Assembly (NCBI GenBank): GCA_965287045.1
Contig: OZ336870.1
Span: 151,466,001-151,530,000, forward strand
DNA length: 64,000 bases
Direction of reading: 5' to 3'
Source: Carcharhinus amblyrhynchos
Lineage: Eukaryota
Position 1 is the first letter of the stretch. Each line of letters begins with the position of its first letter. The notes beneath the pieces are model-generated. The model had not been told where the DNA came from and searched no databases. It worked only from the letters and a program-made list of their open reading frames with translations. Below, one piece after another: positions 38,561 to 53,554 of the stretch. Made by a program: the position numbers and the translations under genes.

Positions 38561-39572
38561 AGACTTTAAATAATAGGGAACTCATGTCAGACTCGTGCCT
38601 AATATTGAACTCATGTTAGGTCATTAATTTCACCCATATTGTCACAATAGTTTTAGCCTGGTATATTGCTAAACCGGTATAGGAGGAGCGTTAGAATTAG
38701 GTTTTCAGAGGAAAAAATTATAGATGTTGCATAATTTGTGCTGAATTTAAGCTGTCTGTATAAATTTCTCCACTTCCCTGATTTATGACTGAAGATCCTA
38801 CCAATTGGGGAAAATAGGTAAAATTTCTTTCAACTTGGTTCAAATTTTCCCTCCTGATTCAGCTGCGTAGAGTTGGGAAAGTTCTCAACCCCCGAAGCTG
38901 ACTTGAGAGAAACTTCCCCAAATAGCCAGATTTTTGCTCAGGGGATGAGGGGTGGGTGGGTGGGAGGGAGGTGGAAGGTGAGGGCGGGTGCGTGGTGCAT
39001 GCTGGAGTTGGGCTCATAATGCCTCTGGAAACAACGTGGAGGAAGCCATAGGTGCTGCTGACTGCGAGTGTAGACTGGTTAGTAGGCTTACCATAGTGCT
39101 TTAGGGCTTTGTCCTGAAATTGTAATGAAAATTCTACGTCCCTATAGCCATCACTGCATCCACCCCTACTACCCACACACTTCCATCCATGCCACCTCAT
39201 GCCCTTCTACCCAGTCATATGGGTCTTTTAGCCCCCGTGCCAATTTAGCGCATGGAATTACAGTGGAAGACTAGAGTAACTTCAGTTTCAGAGTTTTTTA
39301 GTCCATGTTTATGTTATCCAAAGAGGTTTCTTTTCCTGAAAAGTACTTTTTTGTAATTGACTTTGATCACGTTCAGGAACCAGAGTTGTAAATATTTCCA
39401 AATATCAGGCATCATTTTATATCACATATTGTTGGCCTGATTTTCATCTAAAGGTATATGCCAGTTCTGAGTTGGTTTGCACTGATTTGAAAGCTCCTTT
39501 GCATTGCTGGTACAAGTAATACTCAATGTTCTGTTATAAGCTCATTTGCATTAACATTCACATCTTCAGATC

Positions 39573-39758
39573 CAGTCCAAAGATGTGCAGGTTAGGTGGA
39601 TTGGCCATGTTAAATTGCCCCTTAGTGTCAGGGGAACTAGCTAGGGTAAATGCATGGAATTATGTGAATAGGGCCTGGGTAGGATTATGTTCGGTGCGTA
39701 CTTGATGGGCCGAATGGCCTCCTTCTTCACTGTAGCATTCTATGATTCTATTCTATGA
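39573..39758 (+). mobile_element. HE1-type V-SINE, 3' half
   Basis: cagtccaaagatgtgcaggttaggtggattggccatgttaaattgccccttagtgtc (V-domain) with CR1-derived tail gggccgaatggcctccttc...ttctatgattcta. Confidence 0.85.
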
Positions 39759-40404
39759 CGCAAACTTATTTGCATTTAGAAATGACACCACTGTGACAAT
39801 GGGAAAATTAAGTGTTTATCAAAAGCAATGGTAGTGTCATAAATTAAATGGAGGTGCTTAAAAATTCAGAAAGTTTTTGGGGAGCATTAAACATAGCTGT
39901 TTTTACTAAATCTGGAAGAGGAGGGGATTGGTGCACCACAAGCTACAAAGAAGGTAAGAAACTCAGCTGAATCTTCAGACCGGTGACAGCACTAAACTAC
40001 AAGCTGCGTTATCATGGTTTAAGATCGAGATGTGAATCTGAAATCAACAAAGCAGATAATTTGTAGGTTTGAGTAGAATTGCAAGATTGTCCAAAAATAG
40101 TAGGCTTAACATCCTCCATGGAAAGGATCTACCATAGCTAGCTCGTTTAGTTTGCACGTAATACCAGTACTATACTTTCTGATAGCTGTTGAGACTTGAA
40201 GTGGCAAGTCAAAAACAAAACAGAATAATTAGAGAAATGTTAGGCAGATCTCTGCAATGACTTAAGAATTGGATCCCAATCCCATTTGGTGACCGTTTAA
40301 ATACCTTGTTAGAAGATTGGGTCCACTTATTTATCTTCTCAGATTCAGAAGCTTCAGTCACTCCCACAAGTCATCTGAGCATCTCACTGTGATGAATGTA
40401 AACT

Positions 40405-40612
40405 GATTATATACAAAGTGCCATCCACAACCTCAGTGCTCTCCAACCAATGAGTGCTTTGGAACAGTAGACTCTGTTGTAATGGAGGAAATGCAGTGGC
40501 AAATTTTACACAAAAATATCCCACAAACTGCATCATCTGTTTGAAATGGTGTTGGTTGAGTGATAAATAATGTTTAAGGCATAGTGAGGAGAACAATCCC
40601 TTCCACTCTTTT
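40405..40612 (-). mobile_element. DeuSINE fragment
   Basis: ctgttgtaatggaggaaatgcagtggcaaattt...tcccacaaac...tgttggttgagtgataaata, reverse complement of the Deu domain and tail. Confidence 0.65.
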
Positions 40613-43600
40613 GTTATTCACTGTAGCACCACCAAATCCTTTGCAACACTTTGCTTTTAGTATATAATCAATTTAGTTGTTTACAGTGGTGTCATTCCTA
40701 GATGCAAACGAGTTTCGTTGTGAGTGATTATGCGACTGTGAAGGCCAAATAACTTAGTACTGTATCTTTGAGAAGCCTTTCCACTCTGGCTCTTGAACCT
40801 GATCAAAGTCAATAACAAAAAAGAAAAATGAATTTATTTGAAATCCCGTAGGAATACTAAGAAACAATTGAAGTGCCCAATCTCACCATTTTCACAGATG
40901 GTTTCCTCTTGGAAGAAGATGAATGGATACTCCACATTTTTCATATTTTGGTGGTGTTTTTCTTCATCAAAACTTTCAAGTTACTTTGTATTCCATGCAC
41001 CTGGGGAGGGAGGGAAATAGGCCAACTGAACAAAATTTGCAAAATAGAGACTATGGGTGGGATTTTACGGCCTTGCTCATTCTGTAAGCTGCCCAAGGTT
41101 ACACTTTCCAGGGTCCACCCCTTGCCCACTATGATTAAAATGGCAGGCAGGATGGTAAAATTCCAGCCAGTGTGTTTGGGTTCTGAGGAAACATTGAACT
41201 TGAGGGAGCACATTCAAGGCACGCATCTTTGATCTTCTATTTCAGTTTTGTACACAAGACTAAATCTTTGTTTTACTTTCTTCCTTTGAACATGAGAGTC
41301 ATTGTTCCTCATTTTTTCTTGAAAATACTTTGACCATTTCCTTATATTTGTACTCAGTCAAATGTAAGACAGTGCCATTCTTTCCACAATACTTTGGTTG
41401 AAAGTGTCTCGTGGAAGCAAAACCATTTCCTGTGTTTTAAATTCAGCTGTCTAATCAGGCTACCAAGGAGGAATGTTGAAAGCTCTTTCTGATATATTAT
41501 TCATTACTATGCAACCCAAGGATTGCATTAGCATTTACCCCCTTGTTTACACAAGGACTTTAACTGCTTGTTTTGAATTCATTCAGCTGAATTTCAAATA
41601 AGAGCAACTGGAATGGGAAGGCACACTGATAAAGTGTGAGATGTGTGTACCAGCTTTTTATTGTTCATTCTTGATTAATACTATAAATCTAAGCCTCTAA
41701 CCTTAATATCCCAAAGAATTGCTCCTCATTGTTTCACAATCAAATCTCAAAAAACTGTCCATTTGACAGCATTTTCCTACAAATACATCTTGTTTTAAGA
41801 TTAAGGAAAACATTGGAAATGTTTTTGTAGTGCTTCATGATATGAGTGTTTAGACTAAGACTACTAAAATGGCAGATTTGTGGATCAGATTGTAAACAAA
41901 TTAAAATTGAAACGTGATGTATAGGATTCATATTAAAAGCCTAAAAGATATGCAGCTTTCTTGCTGGACTCTTTTGGGTTTGACTTAGACCAGGAGGTTC
42001 AGAAGCCACATACCAAAGCTTTCCAAAGACCCAGGACAGAGCATGTGCCACAAAGCTCTCCCCCTGCCCCCTCCTCCCATTACTCAGCCTCCATGGGAGA
42101 AAGCTGTACTGATTTCATTAAATTTGGCACACTAATACTGTCAGTACACAGACCTCATCCAACCACACAGATCCATTCATTCATCATTTGATCATAGCAT
42201 CAAAACTGGCTTTGTTACGTGGCAACGCAGTCACATCAGTAAACATCATATAAGTCCAACTGATTGCTTGTCATTTCAAGTAATAAACCAAAGAAATGTG
42301 TTTAACCACCACATTATTTAAAAGAGAATTTATTTTCCTTAGGAACTGTTTAACCTTCACATAGTTGTGGTGATAGTTGTGGTAGATTGGTGTAGCACAA
42401 TGTTACCAAATAACTTTTTCAGAACCACAAGTCTTAGCAGTAGCTTGCTTAAAGGCATTTTTTCCAGCATGATGGATTAGAGAGCAATGGAATCTATTTG
42501 TGCTTCAGTTGCTCCCATAGTAGAAATTTGCCAAGTGACCTTTTCACTTCTGTTTGGTGGGATTATCCCACCTCATCATAGCTTTCCCCTGTTTTCTGTA
42601 AAAACAAGATATAGGGTTGGCTTTTCAACCTTGAGGCAGGCAGCGAAAGTTGGAAAGATTCCTTCAGGAGGAAGTGTCCGCAAGGATGGGATTTTCATTG
42701 TGGGGGTGGGGTGAGGCAAGGTGTGCCAGTCAAGGGGAAAGCTCAGAGTCAGCTACAGGGACTGCCAGGTATGGAGGTGAGTTGTTTAAAAGGCCCGCCG
42801 TATCAGTATGGGACTGTCTCAGTTTATAATAGAGAGATAAGAGACCTCCAGCCCTCACTTCCCAGATACTCCTCATGCCCCCACCCACTCCTATGCTCAT
42901 CTACCTACTAAACATTGCATAGAACCAATGAGCCCTATCGTGATAACATGATGTACAAAAAAGTTTCTAAAAATAAGTCATTCATTGATAACTGGCTGAG
43001 AGTCCAGAATTTATTGGCCTGTTGAAATACCTGAACTATAGCGAAAACATTGCTTAATTAACAACTTTTGTCCTCTGATCTATACTGTCAATTGCACAAT
43101 GTTTACTGACACAAGATAGAGATTTCAAGTGCTTGCAGTTTCTGCAGTTTATGTTAAAAGGCGTATATGATTGTCACTTTTATTAGTCTGTAGTTAAAAG
43201 TTTTGAAAAATAAATTTTTTATCACATCCTACTGTCATTATATGGTTCATTGATTCTATGCAGTATATAGTGGGTGCATGGTCATGAAAGTGCCATAGCT
43301 TAGCATGGGGGCCATGAGGGACTATAGGGGTTGTTAGGAGCAGCAGACCTTTGCATGGGACACATGCTGGGCCATAGGCATTGTTTGGGATAGTATACAT
43401 TGCTGTGGGGGCATGATAGGTGTCATACCGAGCATGGGAGTCATGAGAGGTCATAAAGATTGTTTGGGATGCATACTTTGGCCTGGGCACGTAAGGAGGA
43501 CCTTTTGAACTTACTTCTTGAAGTGTTCCCTTGTAAAGACTGTTATTCACAACACTTCTGAGGTGAAGTGACCTATAACTCTCTGAAAGCTGTCCCAACA

Positions 43601-44929
43601 CCACAAAAATGCCCATAGTGGAACCAGCCACGTCGAAGAACAAGATGCAGACTCTCAATGTGAGCCACACCACATCCTCAAAGGCCGCTCATGAAAAGTG
43701 AAAACCATGGGAATGGGGGCAGGAATCCTGGAAGCTGGAACCACTCACCATTTTTAAAGGGCTCCCAAGTCATCCCTGTTTGGCAACACTCTATCCTATG
43801 GTATGAATTCTAATCTTGGTGATATCTACAGGGAAGTGGGCAACAAATGGAGATCAAAATATCATGACATTGTCTTCCTGGAGCCATAAGAACAAGGAGT
43901 GGAGGCATACTGTAAGGATGATTTTGACCTTGCCCACAAGGTGGAAACCAAATAGATGAGCAGTTAAAATCTATTCAACTTTCCCACTGAAGGACTATTT
44001 TTTTCCACAGCTTTCCATTTTAACCTTTTAGCAGGCAGGATATACAGTGGTTCCTTTTTTAAATATACAAGTCAGGCCTAGAGCGTTAATCCAGGCCCCA
44101 CAAAAATTTTCTACCACTTACCTTTGTCTGAAGTAGAGTGAAAGCATCTCTGAGGAAATTCTTAGCCTTAGTTTCTTTAATATTGTAAAATGTTCATTAA
44201 AAATAAATCAGTTGTGATCAGGCACTTTTTAATAATGGAGGAAATAATCATTAATATTGTCATGTTCATACTGCAGTGCAAGGCCTTGATGTGCTAATTT
44301 GGTTTCCAGTTCTCTAGGAGATTTGCTAGATTTTGAGTAGTCCAAATTTAAGCCCCTTTCAGCTTTGTTGTGCAGTTTGTTTGCACCCATACTCACATTA
44401 AAAATGCAATGTTCAGACGGGACCATATGTTATCTCCAGACACTGACAGATATAGGGGATTACACTAGGTTAAATGAATACCTTTTTGTGGTTATTGCAA
44501 ATGGTCAGTGCACAGCAGGTGCTAGCAATGACAAACAGATGGCTGCTTCAAATGAACTGACCATTTTTTTAGTGTGGAAATGAGCCAGAGGAGCCACCTG
44601 CTTCAATTAGTAAAATTACTGCTATTCAAATTAGCTACAGGTGGGATGTGAAGAGTTGACATTTTAAATCCCATTGTAAAATTAATTTCTGCAGAACAGA
44701 TCAGTGAGGGCAATGTTCAGCCTTGGGGTTAACTATGTTAAATTGCAGAATACAATGAAATTAATTACTCTTTGTCTCCAAAAAAGATAGCTAAGCATGC
44801 TTAACACCAATTTGATCTCTTTCTAAAAACAAGTGGGCCAGGTACAGCACATTTGCCACATTGATGGGAAACGTTGTATTATATAACATTTCAAATTGTG
44901 CCATTAATGGAACATCAGCCCTTACCCTG

Positions 44930-45090
44930 CCTGGCTAGATTGTTGACTTGGATGTTCATCTCAGTGTTGCTGTGGACTTTGCTGTGCGGAGGTTGACTTA
45001 GCAATATAGCTGTACTCTAAAACATTAATGATGTGAAATATTTTGCAAAGGTGATTAGCAATTATATAAATGCAAGAGCTCTCTTTCTAA
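44930..45090 (+). mobile_element. Degraded DeuSINE 3' fragment
   Basis: gttgctgtggactttgctgtgcg ... tatataaatgcaag tail, resembling the DeuSINE 3' end. Confidence 0.45.
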
Positions 45091-47164
45091 TCTCTCCATA
45101 GCAGATGGGATGCTGTGATATCACAGGAGAAGCCGTTTCTCTTTGTAAAATTACATATTTATGGATTTTGTTCCATCTTCGACAGAACAAAAATTGAAAA
45201 AGAATGACATTGAAATGGTATGCCTTAAAACAGACCTAACTTGCACACATTTAAAGACAGGCATTTTTATAGTTCCAGGAAAACTGGATTGAAGATTGAT
45301 GGGAGTTACGATTCATCTGCTGCCAATAAGGCTCCTGTTTGAAATGTATTTGGGGAGTCAAAATCCAGTTCCTACTGTACGTGGGCTCTCAGTTCAAAAA
45401 TGTTCCTGGTACAGTACTGATTGCCACAAGAGAGGTGACAGGATGACTAATAAGGGAAACTCAGTAAGTTGTCAGTCTTGCATTAGAAGTTACTGTTGTG
45501 AACTTGGGGCTGAGGTGCAATGTCTGGATAGAGTGTGCTATACTCTACATCTGGTTCACCAGTAATGTTTGATGGTGCCACACCCTGCCTGAACTATGAA
45601 GAATACTATATTCCAGCATAAATGTTCTTCCCATAGATAAGTATTTTTTTCATTAAGAAATTCATAAAATCCAATCCTTCTTCAAAAGCATTCTTTCATT
45701 GTGCTGTCGTGGAAATGAAGTGCCGATTTTTGTTGCTTCGACATCTTCTTGGGAAGATTAGTCAAAATAGCTCCTTATGAAATGCAGCAAGTGTGGTTAC
45801 AAACCAAAGATAACCAATTAAATGAGTCTTTAATCCACCAAAAGCCTGACTGGCAGATGGATGCAAGTCCAATAAATTTCCTCAGAAGTTGTGTGAAGAC
45901 TGTGGGTTGTATAGAAGTTCTTTTGTAGAGGAGAATAACTGGAATTCCTCCCAGCTAGTCAGCAGTAAATATATTGTATTCTTTGGTTGTCTTAATTGTG
46001 GAAAAGAATTGTAGATTAGCACTTCTATAATAGAAAAGTTATGAAAGTCGCAAGTTAGTACAATAGATACATAGGAGGGTAGTTTTAATTTTTGGGAGAA
46101 CAATTATCAGAGTGCCCCAGTTTGAGGTTGTGACCTTATTTAAATTGAACGGTGAGCTTTGGGTGTCAAGCAATCCAGTTCATCACTTTCAGGCTGAACC
46201 AGTACCTGATAGCCCAGAAGTCGCCAGGCAAACAGCAAGGTTAACCTGACTGTGCGGGTAAAGGTTGAGCGGATGCTGGGGATTATGGAAAGGAGGAAGC
46301 ACATAGTCGCAAGGTTTCAGTATGCATATTAAAAAAGGCCAGCCACCCAAATGGTGGGTGGGGTGGTTGGGGGAGGAGGTGCGGTGATGTGGGGGGCTAC
46401 TGTTTCAGGTAGTTTAGATGGCTAGCGTGTGAATGATGCCAACAATGTGGATTCAATCCCTATAGCGGCTGTGGTAGTGCACTGAGGCCCTTCTTTCCTT
46501 GCCCTACAATTGTCGAGTGGCACCTATTGGACTGCAAGTTGCCAAAAATGTCTCTCTGTTGGAAAGATATGCCTGTGGTCCTTTGGGCCTCTGGGTAGAT
46601 GCACCCAAATTTGGAAGTATTTCAGCTGCTTAGGGGTCAACCTCTCTGCAACTATCAGCAGACCAATCATTAACATTAATGAGCTGGCAAGCCCATTTTG
46701 AGGGCATTACCACCCTGTTAAGACAAATTTATGTAGTTAAGATCAGTCATGTGGTGTGCTATTTTCTGGTAATTTGCAGTGAAATCTGGGCCAGATTTGG
46801 GCTGAAATTGCATTGAAATTGTGGTGTCAGCAAAGTTAGTATTTTTGCATGGAATTCTTTTGTATTCTGTCTGAATGAACGTTACCATTATTTTAACTGA
46901 AGCATTAGCTTTCCACACGATCGGCTTGAATAACACAGTATTGTAGAATTGCATTTTAGATCTTGTGATTGTCATTGATTGTCATTAGCCAGAAAACCCG
47001 AAAACAACTGCTTATATTTATGTAATGCTTTCAGCGTGTTGGAATGTCCCAGGTTGCTTAGAACAACTCACATTTAGTCTGTATATGTTGCTCAGTGAAG
47101 ATATGGGCTGTTGTCACATGTTTCAAGGATTTGGCACATTTCCAAGTTGAGATGATTAGCAACT

Positions 47165-47370
47165 TTTTAAAAATTCTTTAACGGATGTGGGCATCGTTGG
47201 CTAGCTCAGTATTTATTGCCAAGCCCTCGTTATTCTTGAGAAGGTGGAGGCCTTCTTGAACCGCTGCAATCCATGTGGTGTAGGTACACCCATGATGCTT
47301 CTAGGGAGGGAGTTCCAAGTTCTTGACCCAGCAACTGTGAAGGAGCAATGATATAGTTCCAAATCAGGGT
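47165..47370 (-). mobile_element. Old CR1-like LINE 3' end
   Basis: Reverse complement of the tail family at 15375-15575 (ggatgtgggcatcgttggctag...ccttcttgaaccgctgcaatcc). Confidence 0.7.
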
Positions 47371-50300
47371 GCTGATTCTCCCTGTGTTAATGCCTCCTAT
47401 ACATCTGCATTTTTAAAAATCAACAAATAATTTGAATAGATTGACTTTGAATTAGGAGGTGTGAACTGTAATAATTTAATTGTTTTGCCTATGATGCGTC
47501 CTGTATGCAGAATTCAAACTCCATATGTCACTATTTTTCATTCACACCTGTATTTCTGCAACAATGATGTATGGAACAGATACATATACAAATCCTTGTT
47601 ATAATTGTCAGCTCCCAAATATTCCTCCAGTACTGATGTTCTCTGCCATCCCATTGGCTCAGCCTAGTTTTGACCTCCACAATCTTGCCAGTTCTGTGTT
47701 TTCTTCCGACCATATCTGCTCAGCAAGCGCACTCCTCTAGGCTCTAAACATATGGAAGAAGGGAGAAACTTCAGTTCAAAGTCTTCTTTCCATCCACCTG
47801 TGTATGCTGATTATTCCTCTGCATGCCAAGAAATACCAGCTGGGCATTCGTTATGTGGTGAGGTTGGATCGCTGTGTTTCCCTTCCATTTTTAGGCAGTT
47901 TTTATTCAGACAGGACAGGATTTTCTGGGCCCTTGGATCAATTGGTAGGAAGGTGTTGGGTCTCCAGGTTTGTCGGGAAAATAGTGGACAGCTTGTCGAT
48001 GCATTCGCACCAGGGAAGTTTGCTGGTGGCAGGATCAGATGCAGATCAGCAGCTGCTGAATGAAGGCAACAGCCAATTTAAATAATATTGCTTCTATTAA
48101 GGTTAATTATCTTGGCCCGCTGGCATTTTGTCAGTAATGGGGGGATCCCACACCATGTGGGGAAGATGCCAACTTCACATATCCAGCTTCCCTGTGGCTG
48201 CCCATGGGACCACTCGAACTGGAGGCTCCATGTTCCAAAGTGTATTCCACAGGCACGGAATCCACACCCATGGCCCACTGGTTCACCTCGAAGACCTTGC
48301 TTGCTTGCTTGGTTCCTCTGAATTTTAATTTTATACTTCTCTTTGGGGTCCAGAACTGCCTCTGCAGCACCCATTTCTCCTGGTGAGGCTGATGAGGTGT
48401 TGGAATAGCCAGCCCTGTGATTGGACCAGATGTCTGCCATCTGTTTTTATAAGGATGACAAAGCCAGAGGTGCGCAGCTAATAGGCTGCCTCCAATAACA
48501 TGGCTAAGACTGACCAGTGCCAACATGTGGCTTAGAACCCACCCTGTGTTGAGGGGTCCCAAACACTGCAGTAAATTCCTGTCTATCTTAGCTAACAAAT
48601 TTTGATAGCAGTCAATTGAATCAAAGTGACTATAATCGCAGGGGCTTACATTGGGCCCTGTTGTGCCCATTTCTTGGATGCTATATCACTAACGTTCTAA
48701 AAAGGTGACGAGAAGCACATGCACACTTACTCACAAAAATGTACAGGACACTGACAAGGTAAAGGAATGTATGCGTATATGTCTAACAATCACTGGCAAC
48801 ATGTAGAGCAGCAAGATGATGACACAAATCATTGTGCAACGCTAATGTGAAACCACCGCTGTAATTTTGCAATTCCACGCTTCAGCAAAGTCCTACCTTA
48901 ACCTTCCACAGCTGAACATGACATTGAGCAGAACAAAAGAGCCTCACCAACATTATTTAAAGGGGTCATGAAACACTTGCAAGTTAGTTGATGTTGTAGG
49001 TGCTTTTGGAGGTTTCCTCTGCTTGCATGGTCAGTTATCTGCAATAAATTACAGCATAGATTCAGTTAATAAAGGACTTCCACACTATTCCTTGCAGCTG
49101 CAAGGTACCTAGATTAACTGAGCACCGTGAACTCATGAAATTTTTCTCCCTACCAGCGCATGCAACTCATGAACAGTACATGTGGTGCTCGCTGCACTTG
49201 ACAATCACATTAAACTGCAGGTGGCAGAAAGTTAACATGCTGCTTGCAGCACAGTGAATGGGTACAGATTAATTACATGCCATCCTCCCCATGCCCACTT
49301 TCAAGGGTTATCCAATTTAACCCCAGTTATCTCTTCCACAGCTTCTGGCTCACTGAGCCTAAGCGTAAAAATTATCATAATTTCTTCCAGGGAAAGCAGC
49401 AAGTTTATTATTATCTTTTCACACTGCTTGCATCCAGTTACAAATTAAGTAATAAAGTTGAACCATGAAGGATTGTGCTATTATTCATGGTGATTAATCC
49501 TCAGGCTAGAACTTTAGCACCTCAAACAAATATATGCTTAAAATATTTTATCACTGAGAGAAGCAGCAAAATGGTAACTCATTATTGGGCAACAGCACAT
49601 TTTTTTAAAAACCCAAAAGCTGTGCCACAATGTATAAAATGGCAGTATACTGTGAAAGTAAAGGCAATTGTAAATGTCAGCAGTGGTGGAAAAATATAAG
49701 AGCAAATACTGAAATATTTTTCCCTGTGTTTTAAATTACATGCATGTCTAGTTCAATTTTAAAACCACTGAACATATCTCTATTTAGAATGTGCCAGAAT
49801 TTTCTGTTGCTTTTATTCTATCCCAGTCTCTCTTATTAATTTATTCCTTCATCTTTTCATTGAATGTCGTGCACTGATGATACCACAAAACCTATTTTTG
49901 GACCACCTATTTAGAATATCCACAGCTTTGTTAAGATGTCCACCAGTGAGGCCCTAAAGCTACAAAGCACAAATTGGGAACAGAGGAGAATATGCCTTAG
50001 TGAACTTTGTGGGTATGCCACTTATAGTCAGTTGTTTGGTCAACCATTTTACAATGCACTACTTATATGTTTTTTAAATGTCAATTCATATTAGCAAACC
50101 TAAACAATTAATATTAACTTAATATGAACACAGATGTTTTGCATCATAAATACTGAGAACGTTGGAAGTTGTTTGAGAAAAATCAATTTAATTCATCATT
50201 GTACAAGATCATCAATCAGAAGGGAAACTTCGGGCACAGTTGAGAGGTTAGCTGCAAATTAATGTCAACAAATTTGAAACAAAACTATGTAATTTTAGTT

Positions 50301-51469
50301 CAAGTTTAATCTGAATTCCAAAATATCAAATAGGCAGTTGCAAATTACCTTACAAAGCTCATTTTCAAAGTTAATTATTATCTGAATGAAAATAACGTAA
50401 AAGGGACCAAATTGTTATAACATACAGAAAGTGGTGCATTGTCATGCATAGCATGGTAACTTGAATTTCATATTAAATGAAAGTTCTGAGTCCCAAAGTA
50501 GCCATGCAAAATTGCATGCCAAAAGCGAATACAAGACTAGAGCCATTCATGTTCTTCAGTGTACATAGCGGAGAGCATATTCCACATGGGGTCGTTCTTG
50601 TTCACAATAGTAGGCGTTGTGGTTTCAAGAACACTATTGTAGAAAAGGTTCTTGATGAAAAACACATTGGCGGCACAAAGTTTAAAAAAAACTTTCCTTT
50701 TTTTGCTTGATGCGAGGAGTAGGATTTTAAGGATGGCGAACGATTGGTTCTCTCTACTGAGAATTTGGGCCTAATGTGCAAGCACCAATTCTCAAACTCC
50801 CACTGCTATTTAACACTCATTTGAGCATTGATTGGCAGTGGACGAGACTTCCATCCTCCCTTGAAAAGACCCACCCATGAGTGATGTCAGCCAATCAGAT
50901 TGGCTGACAGCTCTTCAACCTAGTGAGGCAAAGTGCTTCAGTGGCCAGAAGCGGCACTACAGTGCTCTACCGGGGCCTAAGTACCAGGACCTTTAAATAA
51001 CTAAGTCCTGTGGGTCCAGGAGAGTACAGGACAGCCTGGGAGGGAGGTGACACCCCAACTGAGGGAACCTTCAGATTGAGGCCCAAGATGGGGAAAAGTG
51101 CAAATATTACTTTCCCACCTACCTACACCCCACTCCCACCAGCTGAGAAATTGAAACTGGGTGGGATATGGTCCTTAAATGGCCACTTAAGGATCTTATA
51201 GGTGAATGGGCTGGTCTCCTGCCCAACACCCAAGCATGAAATTGCATCTGAGTTAGTGGGTGGGTTCCAGTGGGGAATCCCACCCATTCAATATTACGCT
51301 CCCCCTCCCGCCACAGAACCCACCTCAGGGGAGCGTGAATTTCTGCCCACAGTTTGCTTCAAAGAGAACCCTAAATGATTTAGCTGGTAAAATAGCCACC
51401 CTATTTCAAACTAAGAGATATCCTGAGTAAAAACCCAGGTTTCAAGCTGGTCATTGGTGAGATAATTAT

Positions 51470-51853
51470 TCTGGCAGATTCTGGGTTCAAATCCCACTCT
51501 GGGAGTTGGGCACTAAAATTAAGACTGACTTTCCAGTAAAGTCCTGCACTGTTGGTGCTGTTTCAGATAAGACTTTAAACTGAAGCTTCACTAATGCCTG
51601 CTTGGCTGGATGGAAAATGTCCCATGGCACTATTTTGGAGCAAGGGAGCTATCTCCAGTGCTGTGGCTAATAATCATCCCTCAGTCACAAAAACAGATTA
51701 TCGGATCATTATCACATTGCTGCTTTTGAGAGCATGCAGTAAGCAGTTTGGCTGCCGCATTTCCTAAATTACAACACTGACAAACATCAAAAGTAACTCA
51801 TTGAGGTGAAGTGCCTTGAATTGCTGGTGACTGTGGCTGGTGCTAGTCTTTTT
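51470..51853 (+). mobile_element. DeuSINE (SacSINE1/AmnSINE-like)
   Basis: B-box-like gggttcaaatccc, then Deu-domain motifs tcccatggcactatttt, aaaacagattatc..tcattatcacattgctg and ttggctgccgcatttcct. Confidence 0.75.
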
Positions 51854-53554
51854 CCAGTAGAGTTGCTGACTAATTTCAACACCTCTGGATTAAAAAGGGG
51901 AACAAAAATCAGTTAGCCAAGTTTTCTGTTCCTGTTTGCTGTCCTGTGAGTCTGTTATCTACATGTGGGCATTGGATGATGACAGGATTAAGTTTATTTG
52001 TGATGATCCCATTATGAAATGTCCTGACAATCACTGTACAAGTTTCCACAGGAGCAACAACCATCTCAGTATTCCTGAACCCCCAGCAAGAGTTGACAGT
52101 TTAAGGGAGGTAATGGGAGAAATTTTTAAATATTAAAGGTAATACTTATGCTCAGAGTCTAGGGGTGAGTTAAATTGATGACAAATGATACCATTTAATT
52201 ATAAAACTTCCTATAAAATTCTATCTGCGCTAAATAGCTACAGTTCAGCATCTCAAATCAAGCTGATGAGTAATAGGCTTTTGAAAATGCTTTAGACTTG
52301 TGAAGAACAACTTGCAAAATAGCCATGATTTTTTTACATGCAGCAAGTCAGTAAGATTTGATTCTCTCAGGACAGTTTGGTTTTTACTTAGCCCCTGTTC
52401 AACATGCATATACAGATCCGAACAATGGCCACTACATCATTCAGAGACATGCAGCCAAGACAAATCATTTCCAATCAATCTTTTTCTTCCATCACTGTGT
52501 AAGCTTGATAGCGAAAAGGTTTGGTTCTTGTTTCCTGTTAATCAAGCACAAATCAAAAATATCAATTCAACATAATACAACTTTTCAGCTGAAATGACAT
52601 CGTATCCCTTTTACTCTGTTCACAATTGCATTTTGTGTGCATCTGAATCCATTGTGTGTTGTCGAGATGTTTTCTTTGGTAAGATTCCCACATGAACAAA
52701 CTCCATATGAAAAACTGGCTGAAATCAATGCCATATAATGATGCATTGTGCTGAATGCTGGTGGTTATTATTGACACGCAAGGTGGCAAACGCATAAAGC
52801 TTTTGAAATCCGGGTCCATTTTAACTCCTCGGTGACTGGAATGGTGGCATGGGGGTGAAAGATTCAAAGGTATGAAAAATAAGCCAGTTTTTAAACACTG
52901 CAAGTGTGTGTGTGGTGAAGAATTTATTTGATTTAAAAGAGTAAGGGTCAATTCTTAATATAGTTAACAAATTAAAATGCTGAGTGTATTCAGTTCCTCA
53001 ATTCTGCCATATAATATTCAACTATATAAATTTACTGAATATCATTTTTACAGATGTTCTGTGATCAGAACCACATGCACATTTTTAAAATGGCAAGCAA
53101 AATGTAGAGCTCAAGGATTTAAAACTAGAGAGAAGAATTGCCTGGGAGAAACCAATTTATGCTAATAAGACCTTGACTAAACTAATAATAGTGGTTGATA
53201 ATCTAAGAACATACTTGCAGCATATAGTTTGTGTGGAATGTTTTTGTTGGAACTGGCTATTGAAATGACTTCTGTCCACATTAATACACAGTAAGGTTTC
53301 TCTCAGAGATGTACTCTTTGAGTCCACAGAACATGGGCAGTCAGAGGCAATTTAACAGGACAGTTACATATTTAAGAGTTCACCTAATATTTGCAAAGCA
53401 AGACAGTCAAGTTCAGTGATTATTATGGCCTGAAATTGAACATTCCAAAAAATGATCAGCTTTAAATGTACATTTTATAATGTAATTTTATGTACATAAC
53501 AATGATTACTGGTGACTTCATTGAAGAGTATGCTTGGAAGGATTATGTGGGCTT

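Noticed and set aside
42540-43790. Possible long-TIR non-autonomous DNA element and 159-aa ORF
   Set aside because: Mirror-like C-rich and G-rich halves suggest an old element, but termini could not be paired and the ORF has no motif.
47980-49420. Cluster of overlapping ORFs, possible Harbinger-like remnant
   Set aside because: No convincing DDE or Myb motif can be read; too degraded to call.
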